Source: an uncultured archaeon
GTDB taxonomy: Archaea; Altiarchaeota; Altiarchaeia; IMC4; SCGC-AAA252-I15
Reading direction: 5' to 3'
Assembly: GCA_902384455.1 (NCBI GenBank)
Contig: CABMCB010000071.1
Span: 32,001-96,000 of the forward strand
DNA: 64,000 nt
Shown here: piece by piece, positions 1 through 9,820 of the stretch
How the letters are laid out: each line of letters starts with the position of its first letter
Numbering within the stretch: position 1 is the first letter of the stretch
The notes under the pieces: model-generated
Seen by the model: only the letters and a program-made list of their open reading frames with translations
The model's database searches: none
Told to the model about the DNA's origin: nothing
Position numbers and translations under genes: made by a program

Positions 1-1039
1 TTTTGATTTCTTGGGCGACGAATTGGACTATTTTCTTGCGGTTTTCGTCGTTGTCTTCGGTTGTTTCGCGCATGAAAACTTCGTATCCGTATCCGCGGAT
101 TCTGCTTCTTAGTGCCGGGTGCATCTGCTCTATTATGTGTAGGTTGCCTGCGGCAATCAGGATGAAGTCGCATGGTACGGGGTCGGTGTAGACCATTGCG
201 CCGCTGCTCATCTCGCTTCTCCCTGTTATGGGCAATTGCTTTTCCTGCATTGCGGTCAGCAGGTCCTGCTGGCTTTTGCCAAGCATTCCGACTTCGTCAA
301 TGAACAGTACGCCTTTGTGGGCTTTGTGTATTAGGCCGGCTACGACTCTTACGTGGGCGGGCGTTCCCAGTCCTCCGGTCTGCAGGGGGTCGTGTTTTAC
401 GTCGCCAAGCAGTGCGCCGGCGTGTGCGCCTGTGCCGTCGTAGAAGGGGGCGATTTTTTGGTCTGCGTTATCGACTATTATGCGCGGGAAAGTCTGTTTT
501 TTGCCTCCCATGAATCCGCGGGAGCTTATGCCGAAAAGTAGGAAGAAGATTATCCCAAACGCCATCATTGCGGCGACTACTATCCCGTCGGTCACAATGC
601 CAAACAGGTAGAGTCCCAAAGGCATGAAGAAAAACAGGAACAAAAGCAGCGGAATGCGGTTTCCTTCATCCTTCTGCGGCTCACCCTCGGAACTCATCGC
701 CTCCTTAAGAGTCTTGCGTCCTTCGCCGGCAGGAACAACCTTTATCTTAGGGTTGTTCTCGTCGTCAAAGTTGGGGTAAGCCAAAACGTCCACCAAAGCC
801 TCAGCAGGCAAAAGCTCGGCCATCGCCTTAGCCAACATGCTTTTTCCGGTGCCCGGCTCCCCAATAAGCATAACATGGCGGCGCTGCCTAGCCGCCTTCC
901 TAACTATATTCACCGCCTCCTCCTGGCCGATAACCTGGTCTATGAGCACTGTGGGAACCACTATCTCCTCCGTAGTCTCGAAGCTGTCCCACTTTTTGGC
1001 GGTGACGCCTTTCTTGCTCGCGGCCTTCTTTTTGGGCAT
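1..1039 (-). CDS. lonB: Archaeal ATP-dependent protease LonB, 5' part (runs off window)
   Basis: Manual translation: MPKKKAA...[11 protein letters not shown]...[24 protein letters not shown] (Walker A), transmembrane insert, [27 protein letters not shown] (Walker B); absent from the ORF track because it is truncated. Confidence 0.95.
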   Translation of the reverse strand, partial: MPKKKAASKKGVTAKKWDSFETTEEIVVPTVLIDQVIGQEEAVNIVRKAARQRRHVMLIGEPGTGKSMLAKAMAELLPAEALVDVLAYPNFDDENNPKIKVVPAGEGRKTLKEAMSSEGEPQKDEGNRIPLLLFLFFFMPLGLYLFGIVTDGIVVAAMMAFGIIFFLLFGISSRGFMGGKKQTFPRIIVDNADQKIAPFYDGTGAHAGALLGDVKHDPLQTGGLGTPAHVRVVAGLIHKAHKGVLFIDEVGMLGKSQQDLLTAMQEKQLPITGRSEMSSGAMVYTDPVPCDFILIAAGNLHIIEQMHPALRSRIRGYGYEVFMRETTEDNDENRKKIVQFVAQEIK

Positions 1040-1104
1040 GTTAGAGTATAAGGTATAGTTTGGTTATCCTATAAACGCAGTCTGCGGAGGGGAAAAATGG
1101 GTTT

Positions 1105-2007
1105 TTACTCCTCTTTCGGGTGCCGCATGGCTTCGTCCATTATTTGCGCGGCTCTTCTTTCCGCCGCAATTTCTTCTGGCGGTCTCTTGTGCGGGTTTTG
1201 CCGGGCTTCTTGCGGGCCTTCAGTCTGCCGTTGGGCGTCGAATTCCTGGATTTCGCGTAGGGTGTCTCTTTGCTGGCGCAATCCAAGCGATATTGCGCGT
1301 ATTTTTTCGGCCGGCGGCATTTCTCTCCACGTTGCTTCGTCCACTATTAGCGTCTCTTCGGGAGGTTTCTCTTGTGGAATAGGTATGCCTGCTTCCTGCA
1401 TGCGTGCCTTGGTTATGTCGTCGAGTCTTGTGAGGTTTCCTTCAACCGCTCTTTTTAGGACGTCAAGTTTTTCGGCGGGAGGCATGTTATTCCAGTCCTC
1501 GTCGCTTACCGCCTTAACGCCCTGAGGTCCGGCTGCCGCGGCAGCTTCAGCGCCTTGTCCCTTAATCAAATCAAGCTGCACCTTAAGTTGTTCCTGGCCG
1601 TTGTATAGGGAGTTTAGCATGCCTGGCGGTGTGAGTCCTGGGGCGGCGTGTAGGGCTTCGAGCATTACTCTTTCGTCTTCGGCTGAGGCGGTAAGTTGGG
1701 TGGCTTCCAGTTTGCTTCCTGCGGCGAGTTTGTCTGCGGAAGTCAGCGCTTCTTTTTGGAATCTGAGTGCTTCTGTGAGGTTGGTGTTTATGTCCGCACC
1801 TCTTTGCACGAGCATGGTGTCAAGTTTGGGTATGGCTGCTTTTGACAGGCCGCTTTGTCCTTTGTAGAATGCTATTTGGGCTTCCGAGAGGGTGGATGAT
1901 GATAGGAGGGCGGTGTCTACTTGGTTTGTGACTTGGGTTAAATCAATTTGAGCTGGTGCTTCGACGACGTCCCTTTGGGGGGCGTATACGGCGGGTGGTG
2001 CTGCCAT
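1105..2007 (-). CDS. Hypothetical protein, helical, with a duplicated 'W..MPPAEK' motif
   Basis: 300-aa ORF with GAGGAG upstream; DWNNMPPAEKL and TWREMPPAEKI repeats. Confidence 0.7.
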   Translation of the reverse strand: MAAPPAVYAPQRDVVEAPAQIDLTQVTNQVDTALLSSSTLSEAQIAFYKGQSGLSKAAIPKLDTMLVQRGADINTNLTEALRFQKEALTSADKLAAGSKLEATQLTASAEDERVMLEALHAAPGLTPPGMLNSLYNGQEQLKVQLDLIKGQGAEAAAAAGPQGVKAVSDEDWNNMPPAEKLDVLKRAVEGNLTRLDDITKARMQEAGIPIPQEKPPEETLIVDEATWREMPPAEKIRAISLGLRQQRDTLREIQEFDAQRQTEGPQEARQNPHKRPPEEIAAERRAAQIMDEAMRHPKEE

Positions 2008-2068
2008 TTTCTCCTCGTTATTATTCCTCTTTTTGAATGTAAAAGTGGCTAAGCTGAGGCGGTATGTC

Positions 2069-4255
2069 TTAACCTGGTTTGCGCCTTTGACTAGGCGGCA
2101 GTGCGGGCGGTAGTTCGCTGTGGGTTTCCGTTGTTCCTGCGGCCTCTCTGCCTAGTTCTTCCCGTGCTGCCGTGAAATATTGGGTTAATTCTCGTGCTTC
2201 GCGGATTAGGTCGTAGGGGGTTCTGCCTTGTTTGTCTTGTTTTTTCCCCAACTCAGGGTACTGTTTGAAGAAGCGTTCTGCGGCGTCAAGTCCCTTCGGC
2301 GCTGCTGTGGTTATCTCCCTCATCTCATCGAGAAACGGCGTAAGTTCGTCTTCGTCAACGTTGCGTAGGTGCGTTCGAGACTCAAGCACAGCGTTTTCCG
2401 CCCGGTTGGACAGCATCATCGCCGGGTTTAAAGCGTCCATGAGGTCTGCAATGGTGTCGTGGCCTCTTTTTCTGAATAGTGGCGTGAATAGTTTTTGGGA
2501 TGTTGTGCCTCTGATTTCTATGTCGTTTATCGGCGCTGCTATCCCCACTGTTCCATGGGCGACGTCCCTTAATTTTTCGTAGAGCATATAGGCTACTTGC
2601 CCAGCGTGCATGACCCTCTCCTCCACTTCGTTTAGTTGGAAGTCGTCGACTACGAGGTCGGTGATGCACGGAACTCCGCGGTGCGATGACTTACGGGAGA
2701 CGTCTTCGAAAAAAACCTTTATCGCAGGATTAACCCCCGCCTGGTTCGCTACCCTCACGTTCTCCGGGTGAGTCGAGGCGGCCGCAACCAACACCGCCAA
2801 ACGCAGCGTAGACATAGGGTTGTCTGGGTTGGGGCTTATTGAAACCGCAGGAACGTCCTCCGGTCGTTCGGCGATTATGTCGGTGAACCCGAATTCTCTC
2901 TGTAGGTCCTTCAATGAAATCTCCTGCCTGACGGGGATAGGCTGGTATTCGCCCGGCTGGTAGTCGCCGTCGGGCCTATAGGTCTTTCCCATGCAGTCGA
3001 AGGTCTCGAACTCGAAGAAGGCGTCTCTTTTAGGGTTCTCCCTCTGAGGCGTAAAACCCATTTTTCCTATGGATCCGCCCATGGAATGATGATGTCCCTC
3101 CCCGTTTTGAGCGTATGCGGCAAGCAAAGCAAGCAGGTACACTGCTCTATCCTCCCTTAGGTTGTTGGCTCTTGCAAGCTCGCCGACAAACGCCCTAAGC
3201 TTCTCCTCATTAGACCCCTTCCAGTCCTCAACATAAGCCTTAACCCCCATCCACGCAGGGTCGCCGTCACGCGGCCTGCTGAAGTCCAACATAAATGGAA
3301 CATGCAGTTGGCCGTCTGGGATTTCAATGCTGTTTCTTCCTCGGGCCATGTTTGATGCCGTGTCGTGGATGTTGCCGTCTGAAAGAAGACGGGTCGTCGG
3401 GACTGCGGTTTCAGATTCAAAAGTCGGTTTGGGGAAGTGGATTATGCCGTCCAAGGGGGTAGTCATGGGAACTCCCCTCAAGTCTATGAACCCGTATCTT
3501 TCGTTTGGGTTGGTGACCGCCGCCAAAACAGCGGGAACGGAGAGGCCGTAGGCGGCTATTTCCACCCGCCTGTGTAAGCTTACCTTCCTCTGTGACTCGC
3601 CCATCAAAGCGACTAGGGTGTGGGGCGCGTTTCCCGCGTTAAGCTGCGCCGGAATCTCGTCTGCTACCAGATGGTCGTAGCCGACGTAAGCAGCGACTTT
3701 CGCAGTGAGGTCTTTGCCGACGAAATCCGACAGTTCCCTTCCCATGTAGGCGCCTCGTTGGTGAGAGCGTTCTTCTGTCGGAACGGCTGTAACTTCCCTT
3801 TCGGGCATGTCAATGAACATAACGTTTTCTCGCCCGAAACACTGTGTTGCGGCGCCAAGAATTTCGGCGAACCGGTGGGGGATCCAGGTTCCTCTGGCTA
3901 CTTCTTCGGTTGTCAGCTGCCCTGCTTTGAAGGGTGCTTCAAGGTCTGAAGGAACCTCAAGCGCGAAGTGGGTGGCTCCCGCAGTTTTGAGTCTGTTCAT
4001 TTCCCCTTTTATTCCTCTTTGGATGGGTAGGGACTCGTGGTCGGTGTCCCCAAGCACAAGAACGTTTTTGCCTCTAAAAAGCTCATTGTAGTCCACTCCC
4101 TGCCGGTAGCGCGGAGGCATTCCCGCGTCGGCATCTCCCACCATAAGCCTATGCCAGTCGGCATATCTGAAACGGTCGCCTAAGTCAAACGGCATTATCC
4201 CCGTTACGTTTCCGTCGCCTTCCGCAGGGGTTGTTTTGCTGCGTCGGATTGGCAT
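2069..4255 (-). CDS. Large hypothetical protein with N-terminal EreA/ChaN/Tiki-like domain
   Basis: 728-aa ORF; motifs VLVLGDTDH, HFALE, RGAYM, AAYVGYDHL in the family order. Confidence 0.6.
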   Translation of the reverse strand: MPIRRSKTTPAEGDGNVTGIMPFDLGDRFRYADWHRLMVGDADAGMPPRYRQGVDYNELFRGKNVLVLGDTDHESLPIQRGIKGEMNRLKTAGATHFALEVPSDLEAPFKAGQLTTEEVARGTWIPHRFAEILGAATQCFGRENVMFIDMPEREVTAVPTEERSHQRGAYMGRELSDFVGKDLTAKVAAYVGYDHLVADEIPAQLNAGNAPHTLVALMGESQRKVSLHRRVEIAAYGLSVPAVLAAVTNPNERYGFIDLRGVPMTTPLDGIIHFPKPTFESETAVPTTRLLSDGNIHDTASNMARGRNSIEIPDGQLHVPFMLDFSRPRDGDPAWMGVKAYVEDWKGSNEEKLRAFVGELARANNLREDRAVYLLALLAAYAQNGEGHHHSMGGSIGKMGFTPQRENPKRDAFFEFETFDCMGKTYRPDGDYQPGEYQPIPVRQEISLKDLQREFGFTDIIAERPEDVPAVSISPNPDNPMSTLRLAVLVAAASTHPENVRVANQAGVNPAIKVFFEDVSRKSSHRGVPCITDLVVDDFQLNEVEERVMHAGQVAYMLYEKLRDVAHGTVGIAAPINDIEIRGTTSQKLFTPLFRKRGHDTIADLMDALNPAMMLSNRAENAVLESRTHLRNVDEDELTPFLDEMREITTAAPKGLDAAERFFKQYPELGKKQDKQGRTPYDLIREARELTQYFTAAREELGREAAGTTETHSELPPALPPSQRRKPG

Positions 4256-4292
4256 GGTAATTAAAGACCTGCAGTTAAAGGAAAAAAACGTC

Positions 4293-5045
4293 TTACTCCA
4301 GCTTTTTAGCCATGAACAATGATTGGCGGGTTTTTTCTAACAAACGTCTTTCTTCATTGAATGCCTCTTGGGCTTCCGAGTACTTCCTCCTTTTCTCTTC
4401 TCCCTCTTCAAGCCCCCCTTCATACACCAAGCGTCTCATGTCGCGGTCAAGTTCAGGCAGAGGATTGCCTCTGTTATCTTCCGGATGGAATCCTTCCCGC
4501 ACAAGCCAAACCAAGACTGCAGGGTTCGTGGGCAAGTCAGTGACTTTTGAAATACCGTACTTGCGGGCGGCTCCAATCATTACGCGATGAAGAAGGCCGC
4601 CTACGTGGTCTCCTAAAACTCCCCCTCTGACGTACGCCATGTAGGCCAAATCCTCTTTGGGCTGAAGGTCTACTTTACAGTACCCTAAGGGGAAATCCAA
4701 TGGGTCGTTTATCGTGAAAATTATGTCGCCGTCTTCGGCGCCCGCGCTCATAGTATACCCACAAAAATTTGTTTTAGGTTGAATAGCACTCCCCTCAAGT
4801 CGTCTTATGAACTCCGGCAGTTCCTCTGCCCCCCCAGGAAGAAGAGACAAAGCAGCGGGAATAGCATCAGCTTCAAGCGGATGCGCAGGGTTAGCCGCCA
4901 GCTTAGGGTAAAATTGAGGGTCAAGTTTAACGTCTTTCCCGGCGTCAGCCGCACCTTTCAGTGCCACCACAAAGTCTCCTTTAAGTTGGGGGCTTTCCCT
5001 CAGGTCTGCTTCGTTTAGTATCTTGGGTGGGGTGGCCTGCTTCAT
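4293..5045 (-). CDS. Hypothetical protein with GNAT-like acetyltransferase region
   Basis: 250 aa; AYMAYVRGGVLGDHVGGLLHRVMIGAARKYG...NPAVLVWLVREGF resembles GNAT motifs A/B. Confidence 0.5.
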   Translation of the reverse strand: MKQATPPKILNEADLRESPQLKGDFVVALKGAADAGKDVKLDPQFYPKLAANPAHPLEADAIPAALSLLPGGAEELPEFIRRLEGSAIQPKTNFCGYTMSAGAEDGDIIFTINDPLDFPLGYCKVDLQPKEDLAYMAYVRGGVLGDHVGGLLHRVMIGAARKYGISKVTDLPTNPAVLVWLVREGFHPEDNRGNPLPELDRDMRRLVYEGGLEEGEEKRRKYSEAQEAFNEERRLLEKTRQSLFMAKKLE

Positions 5046-5082
5046 ATGTAGTAATTACCTCGCAGATTTAGGTGAAAAATGT

Positions 5083-6063
5083 TTACCAGACTATTTCCAC
5101 GTCGTCTGTGCGTTGGTTTGGGTACACTTGGGATTCGTCTATCGGCGTCTCAAGTCCCGCCCGCCTCATCAAAGCGCCCACCACAGCAATCATGGCGCCG
5201 TTGTCTCCGTTGTATTTTCCGGCATTGGCGAACTTGGCGCCGTGCTCGCTTGCGACGAGAGAAACCATCTCGGCGAGCCTCTTGTTGTATCCCACTCCCC
5301 CCGTCAGTAGGACTTCTTTGGCGTTCAAGTGAGCAAGCGCCCTCTCAGTCACCTCACACAACATAGCAAACGCCGTTTCCTGCAAACTAAAACACACATC
5401 CTCCAAACGCTCACCCTCCTTATGATACTTCAAAGCCGCAGTCAAAATCCCCGAAAAACTCAAATCAGTCCCCTTCACCACGTAAGGCAAAGGAAGATAC
5501 TTCCCACCGTCTCTCGCCAAAACCTCAATTTTAGGTCCCGCAGGATGCTGAATACCAACCTCCCGCCCAAACTTATCCAGCATGTTTCCCACACCAATAT
5601 CCTGAGTCTCACCAAACACCCTATAACGCCCACCATTAAACTCAATAACCTGACTGTTACCCCCGCTAACATACAAAACAAGAGGCTTTTTGAACCCGGC
5701 CAAAACCCGTCCCACCTCAATATGGGCTATGCAGTGGTTGACTCCAACAAGCGGCTTCTTATGGTACAAAGCAAGAGCCCGCGCGGAGGTCGCCGCAGTC
5801 CTCAAGCAAGGGCCCAGTCCAGGCCCCTGACTGAACGCGACCGCATCAACATCACTCCACCCAACATTCGCATCAACAAGAGCCTTCCTAATTGTTTCCC
5901 CCGCGTTTTCGCCCATAAACTGCGCAGCATCCCGCGGCAGAATCCCGCTGCCAACCGCCGGAGTGTAAGTGCTTCTTACGTCCGAGAGAATCCTCCAGCC
6001 GACGCTATCAACTACGCCGACTCCGAACGTGTGGGCAGTGCCCTCTACTCCAACCACAATCAT
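5083..6063 (-). CDS. kae1: tRNA N6-threonylcarbamoyltransferase Kae1 (KEOPS)
   Basis: MIVVGVEGTAHT, QGPGLGPCL, VNHCIAHIE, VSGGNSQ, DNGAMIA, QRTDDVEIVW; true start 6063. Confidence 0.97.
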   Translation of the reverse strand: MIVVGVEGTAHTFGVGVVDSVGWRILSDVRSTYTPAVGSGILPRDAAQFMGENAGETIRKALVDANVGWSDVDAVAFSQGPGLGPCLRTAATSARALALYHKKPLVGVNHCIAHIEVGRVLAGFKKPLVLYVSGGNSQVIEFNGGRYRVFGETQDIGVGNMLDKFGREVGIQHPAGPKIEVLARDGGKYLPLPYVVKGTDLSFSGILTAALKYHKEGERLEDVCFSLQETAFAMLCEVTERALAHLNAKEVLLTGGVGYNKRLAEMVSLVASEHGAKFANAGKYNGDNGAMIAVVGALMRRAGLETPIDESQVYPNQRTDDVEIVW

Positions 6064-6100
6064 GGCGTATTTAATATGCAGAGGGCCGTTTATATTACTC

Positions 6101-6625
6101 GTGGCAACGGCGGCGATAGCAGTCGGCATACTATCTGGCACTAAAGTGGTGATAGCGGGAGACGGAGCCGCACTGCTTAAGGAACGCGGATTCGGCGAAA
6201 CAGAAGGCAAAAGAATCGTCTTATCCCTCATAGAAGCAGCATACCTAGCAGACACAGACCGCTTGGACGTAATGGACGGAGACAAAAAAGTTTCCGTCGA
6301 AGACCTCATAAAAACAGGCTCCTCGCACGAAAAAGAATTCCACAACCGATACCTAGTATACAAAGACCTTAGGGAACGAGGCCTACTCGTAAAAAGCGGC
6401 CTCAAATTCGGCACAGACTTCCGCATATACGAACGAGGCACATCAGTCGGAAGCGGCCACTCAACCAAACTCGTCCACGTCGTGCCCGAAGAATACACAT
6501 GCAGCTTCCCCGAAATGGCACGCGCACTCAGGCTCGCAAAAACAGTCAACAAAGAAATGATCTACGCCATAGTAGACGGAGAAAGCGACATAACATACTA
6601 CCTCGTAGACAGACTAAAACTCTAA
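6101..6625 (+). CDS. endA: tRNA-intron endonuclease, catalytic subunit
   Basis: LSLIEAAYL, YLVYKDLRERG, KSGLKFGTDFRIY, GHS, VNK (Tyr-His-Lys triad); GTG start at 6101 inferred. Confidence 0.92.
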   Translation: MATAAIAVGILSGTKVVIAGDGAALLKERGFGETEGKRIVLSLIEAAYLADTDRLDVMDGDKKVSVEDLIKTGSSHEKEFHNRYLVYKDLRERGLLVKSGLKFGTDFRIYERGTSVGSGHSTKLVHVVPEEYTCSFPEMARALRLAKTVNKEMIYAIVDGESDITYYLVDRLKL

Positions 6626-6628
6626 ACA

Positions 6629-7540
6629 ATGAACCTCGTAGCACTCGGCACAATAGCATTAGACACCGTAGAGACGCCATTCGGCCGCCGCGAAAACATA
6701 CTGGGCGGCTCAGTCACATACTTCAGTTTGGCCGCAAGCTTCTTCACCAAATGCGGCGTAGTCGGGGTTGTAGGCAGAGATTTTCCAAGCGAGCACTTTA
6801 ATGTGCTAAGGCGGCGGGGAATTGATACTGCGGGTGTTGAGTACGCGGACGGAGACACTTTCCGTTGGGAAGGATTTTATGAGTACGACATGAATCAGGC
6901 GCACACCAAGCGCACAGACCTTAATGTTCTGGCGTCGTTTGACCCCAAAATCCCCAAGGAATACAAGAACTGCAAGTACCTGTTTCTCGCCAACACCGAC
7001 CCCGAAATCCAGCTTAAAGTCCTAAACGAAGTGAAGCCGACTTACAGCTTCTGCGACACAATGAACTACTGGATTAACTCCAAAAAAGAAGTTCTCACCG
7101 AAGTCCTCTCTAAAGTCGACATGGCAGTCATAAACGAAGGAGAAGCCCGCCAATACTGCGGCACACCCAACCTCATTAAATGCGGACGCACTCTTTTGGA
7201 CTCAGGCGTCAAAAAAGTCATAATCAAGAAAGGCGAACACGGCGCACTATACTTCTCAGAAGGCGAATTCTTCACCTCCCCCGCATACCCCATAGAAAAC
7301 GTCGTAGACCCCACAGGCGCAGGAGACAGCTTCGCAGGAGGCACAATAGGACACCTCGCTAAACACGGCACACTAACAGACGCAGACATCAAAAAAAGCA
7401 TGATACTAGGCGCAGTAATCGCAAGCTACGTCGTGGAAGGATTCAGCATAGACGCAATCAAAAACAAAACACAAGCCGACATAGAAGGCCGATACCGCGA
7501 GTTCAGGAAAATAGTGGCGTTCGACCATCAAATGCAGTAA
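6629..7540 (+). CDS. PfkB-family carbohydrate/nucleoside kinase
   Basis: GTIALD, LGGSVTY, DPTGAGDSFAGG signature. Confidence 0.93.
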   Translation: MNLVALGTIALDTVETPFGRRENILGGSVTYFSLAASFFTKCGVVGVVGRDFPSEHFNVLRRRGIDTAGVEYADGDTFRWEGFYEYDMNQAHTKRTDLNVLASFDPKIPKEYKNCKYLFLANTDPEIQLKVLNEVKPTYSFCDTMNYWINSKKEVLTEVLSKVDMAVINEGEARQYCGTPNLIKCGRTLLDSGVKKVIIKKGEHGALYFSEGEFFTSPAYPIENVVDPTGAGDSFAGGTIGHLAKHGTLTDADIKKSMILGAVIASYVVEGFSIDAIKNKTQADIEGRYREFRKIVAFDHQMQ

Positions 7541-7631
7541 GGGCGCCGGTCGTATTTCGTGGCCTTCGCATTCTATAAAGGCCTCTAAAAGAAGGCGGAG
7601 TCGTTTTTATCCCTATTTCTCTCGGTAATTA

Positions 7632-8606
7632 ATGGTGAAAGCGAGGGAGACTACTGTCGGGCGGCGGCGTGCGCAAGAGGTGCCTGCGGATGCTGCTGTT
7701 GCTTCTCCAAGTGTTGGCGTAGATTCGAGGCAGCTTTCTGCTGAGTTGGCGGCTATGGAACGTGAAGTGGGGGCTGCTGTGGATAAGGTTTGGAATCCTG
7801 ACGTGCGTTCGGTTCAGGAACGTCGCAGGGACGTGAGGCAGTTGAGTCCGCCGGTTTCGGATTGGGTGCATGCGTATGCTGCGGGTGGTTTTAAGCCGGA
7901 TTTTCTTGTTCGAAGTGAGGATGTCGGCGGGATTATAACGGCGGCAAGTAGGATACAGCTTGGAAACTGTTCTGTTCAGGAGGGAGTTAAGCCTCTTGAG
8001 GGGTTGCGTGTTTTCGAGCCAAGCAAGGATTTTGCTTTAGATCAAGCAGATATGTTGCCGTACAATCACCTTGTCGACGTGGCAAAGCAGGCGAGAGTCG
8101 AAGAAAGCTCGCTTCAGCGGGCGCTAATTGGGGCATTGGTTTTGCAAGACTATAACAAGACGAAAGGAGTCTCTCCTGACGTCACCCCCGACTTAGTGAG
8201 AGAAACTGGCTTTCACGGTGGGCTTGCCATAACCATTGCTGGCGCTTTGTCCGAAGTAGTATTACTTCCATTAAGCTACCTTACAAACCCACCTAACTTA
8301 CTCTGGGCTATTGGTCTTATCCCGACAATAGGTGGTCTATTCGTCCAAGCTGGTTTAACGGTCTTAAGCTCAGGAATGGAGGCTTCCCCTCGGCTCAATG
8401 AGTTCGTAAGCAACAATCCTGTTGCCAAATTCGCAGTGAGAACTTACTCCAGAATTAGATATGCTTTGATGGGTGAGGAAACGGCTAAGTACACGACCAA
8501 TGAAGGTGGTCTTGCGCGTCAATACTGGCATGGGCAGGCGTGGAAGGACCTTGAAAAAGATAGTCCTCCGACAGCTCCAACCCGCCCCACCGTAGAACGC
8601 TGGTGA
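7632..8606 (+). CDS. Hypothetical membrane protein
   Basis: 324-aa ORF with two hydrophobic segments. Confidence 0.65.
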   Translation: MVKARETTVGRRRAQEVPADAAVASPSVGVDSRQLSAELAAMEREVGAAVDKVWNPDVRSVQERRRDVRQLSPPVSDWVHAYAAGGFKPDFLVRSEDVGGIITAASRIQLGNCSVQEGVKPLEGLRVFEPSKDFALDQADMLPYNHLVDVAKQARVEESSLQRALIGALVLQDYNKTKGVSPDVTPDLVRETGFHGGLAITIAGALSEVVLLPLSYLTNPPNLLWAIGLIPTIGGLFVQAGLTVLSSGMEASPRLNEFVSNNPVAKFAVRTYSRIRYALMGEETAKYTTNEGGLARQYWHGQAWKDLEKDSPPTAPTRPTVERW

Positions 8607-8634
8607 AATACGTTAAAACAGGGACATTCTGAAG

Positions 8635-8985
8635 CTACAAGAGCGACTGGTTCATTACGTCTTCGTCTGTTCTGACTGCGTCGTCGGCTATGTAGTCGCT
8701 TGTGTTTCCGACTCCGTTCGCTTCGTTGACTATGCCTTTGCAGTCGTCTACTGTGTATGTCGCGACTTCCTTGAAAATCCTCACGCACTCTCCCGAAGTA
8801 ATGCCCGTTTCATTAAGCACCTGGAGGCAGTCGGCGCTTCCTCGGTTTCCTCCGTCGTTGACGCACTCTTGGCAACATCGGTTTTCATTGACGGAAAAAG
8901 GAACGACTGTATCATTACTTCCTCTGCTTACGCAGCCGGACGCAAAAAGCACAAACACAATCCCAAGCAAAGCAAGGCGCTTCAT
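8635..8985 (-). CDS. Small Cys-rich putative lipoprotein
   Basis: MKRLALLGIVFVLFASGC signal peptide plus lipobox. Confidence 0.65.
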   Translation of the reverse strand: MKRLALLGIVFVLFASGCVSRGSNDTVVPFSVNENRCCQECVNDGGNRGSADCLQVLNETGITSGECVRIFKEVATYTVDDCKGIVNEANGVGNTSDYIADDAVRTDEDVMNQSLL

Positions 8986-9014
8986 GAAATACTCTTTTCC
9001 GCCTGCCATAAAAA

Positions 9015-9758
9015 TCATCTTTCAGCGCTTTTCCACATCAACTTGAAGAATTCGCGGTAGGAGTCTGCTACTTCTTTGCTTACAATCTCCACCGCAAGCA
9101 ATCTCTCAGTGAAAAGGAACGTTATAACGCGGTCTGCGTAAGTGAGGACGTAGGAGTTGGTGGGTGTGGCCATGAATCTCGTTTCCATCAGCTTGAATTC
9201 CGGCGTTTTCTCAAGCACGTTTTTTCTGACGTCTTCGTTGAATATGATTTTGGCTTTAATCCCCCGTTTCTCTCTGAGGCGGTGGAATGACGTGAGCATA
9301 ATATTGAGTTCTTCGTTTACGGGGTCTCCGATTTGGCGGGCGCCGAAGACGAAGTACTCGTCGCCCTTCTTCAATGTCCTAAACAGCCTGTCGTACACTC
9401 CCTTATACCCCTTGTATCCCTCGTGGACTACTGCAGAAACCGGCTCCTTCGCAGACTTCACAAGAGGTTCAAGGCGCGGTATTAAGTCTTCAGCGAGCCT
9501 ACGCTTTTCTTCGGCGAAGGCGAGGAGCTGACCGGGCTCTGCCGCCTGAAACTGCTTGCGGTTCGCCTTAATGACGTGGGTTACTAGGCCTTTCTCCTGT
9601 AGGTTGTTTAGGGCGTAGTAGACGGCTGAGACTCGGATTTTGGTTTCCTTGATTATTTTGCCGCTTGTTGTTGGGCCGAGTTTGAGGAGTGCGAGGTATA
9701 TTTTGGTTTCGTTGGGCGTTAATCCGAACGCTTCGAGGTCGTCAGCTAAGGTCGTCAT
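9015..9758 (-). CDS. TrmB-family transcriptional regulator
   Basis: FGLTPNETKIYLALLKLG...VYYALNNLQEKGLV wHTH plus C-terminal effector domain (FFKLMWKSA). Confidence 0.9.
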   Translation of the reverse strand: MTTLADDLEAFGLTPNETKIYLALLKLGPTTSGKIIKETKIRVSAVYYALNNLQEKGLVTHVIKANRKQFQAAEPGQLLAFAEEKRRLAEDLIPRLEPLVKSAKEPVSAVVHEGYKGYKGVYDRLFRTLKKGDEYFVFGARQIGDPVNEELNIMLTSFHRLREKRGIKAKIIFNEDVRKNVLEKTPEFKLMETRFMATPTNSYVLTYADRVITFLFTERLLAVEIVSKEVADSYREFFKLMWKSAER

Positions 9759-9763
9759 CTATG

Positions 9764-9787
9764 TTATTCTCCTAATTAGAAGAATAA
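9764..9787. promoter_or_regulatory. 24-bp palindrome, putative TrmB-family operator
   Basis: TTATTCT-C-CTAA|TTAG-A-AGAATAA in the divergent intergenic region between the regulator and the ABC operon. Confidence 0.6.
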
Positions 9788-9820
9788 AAACTTATAATGA
9801 ATAATTGAACAATGTTTAAC

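Noticed and set aside
6064-6552. 163-aa N-terminal extension of Kae1 in the ORF track
   Set aside because: It is the antisense of endA; the Kae1 family start MIVVGVEGTAH is at 6063.
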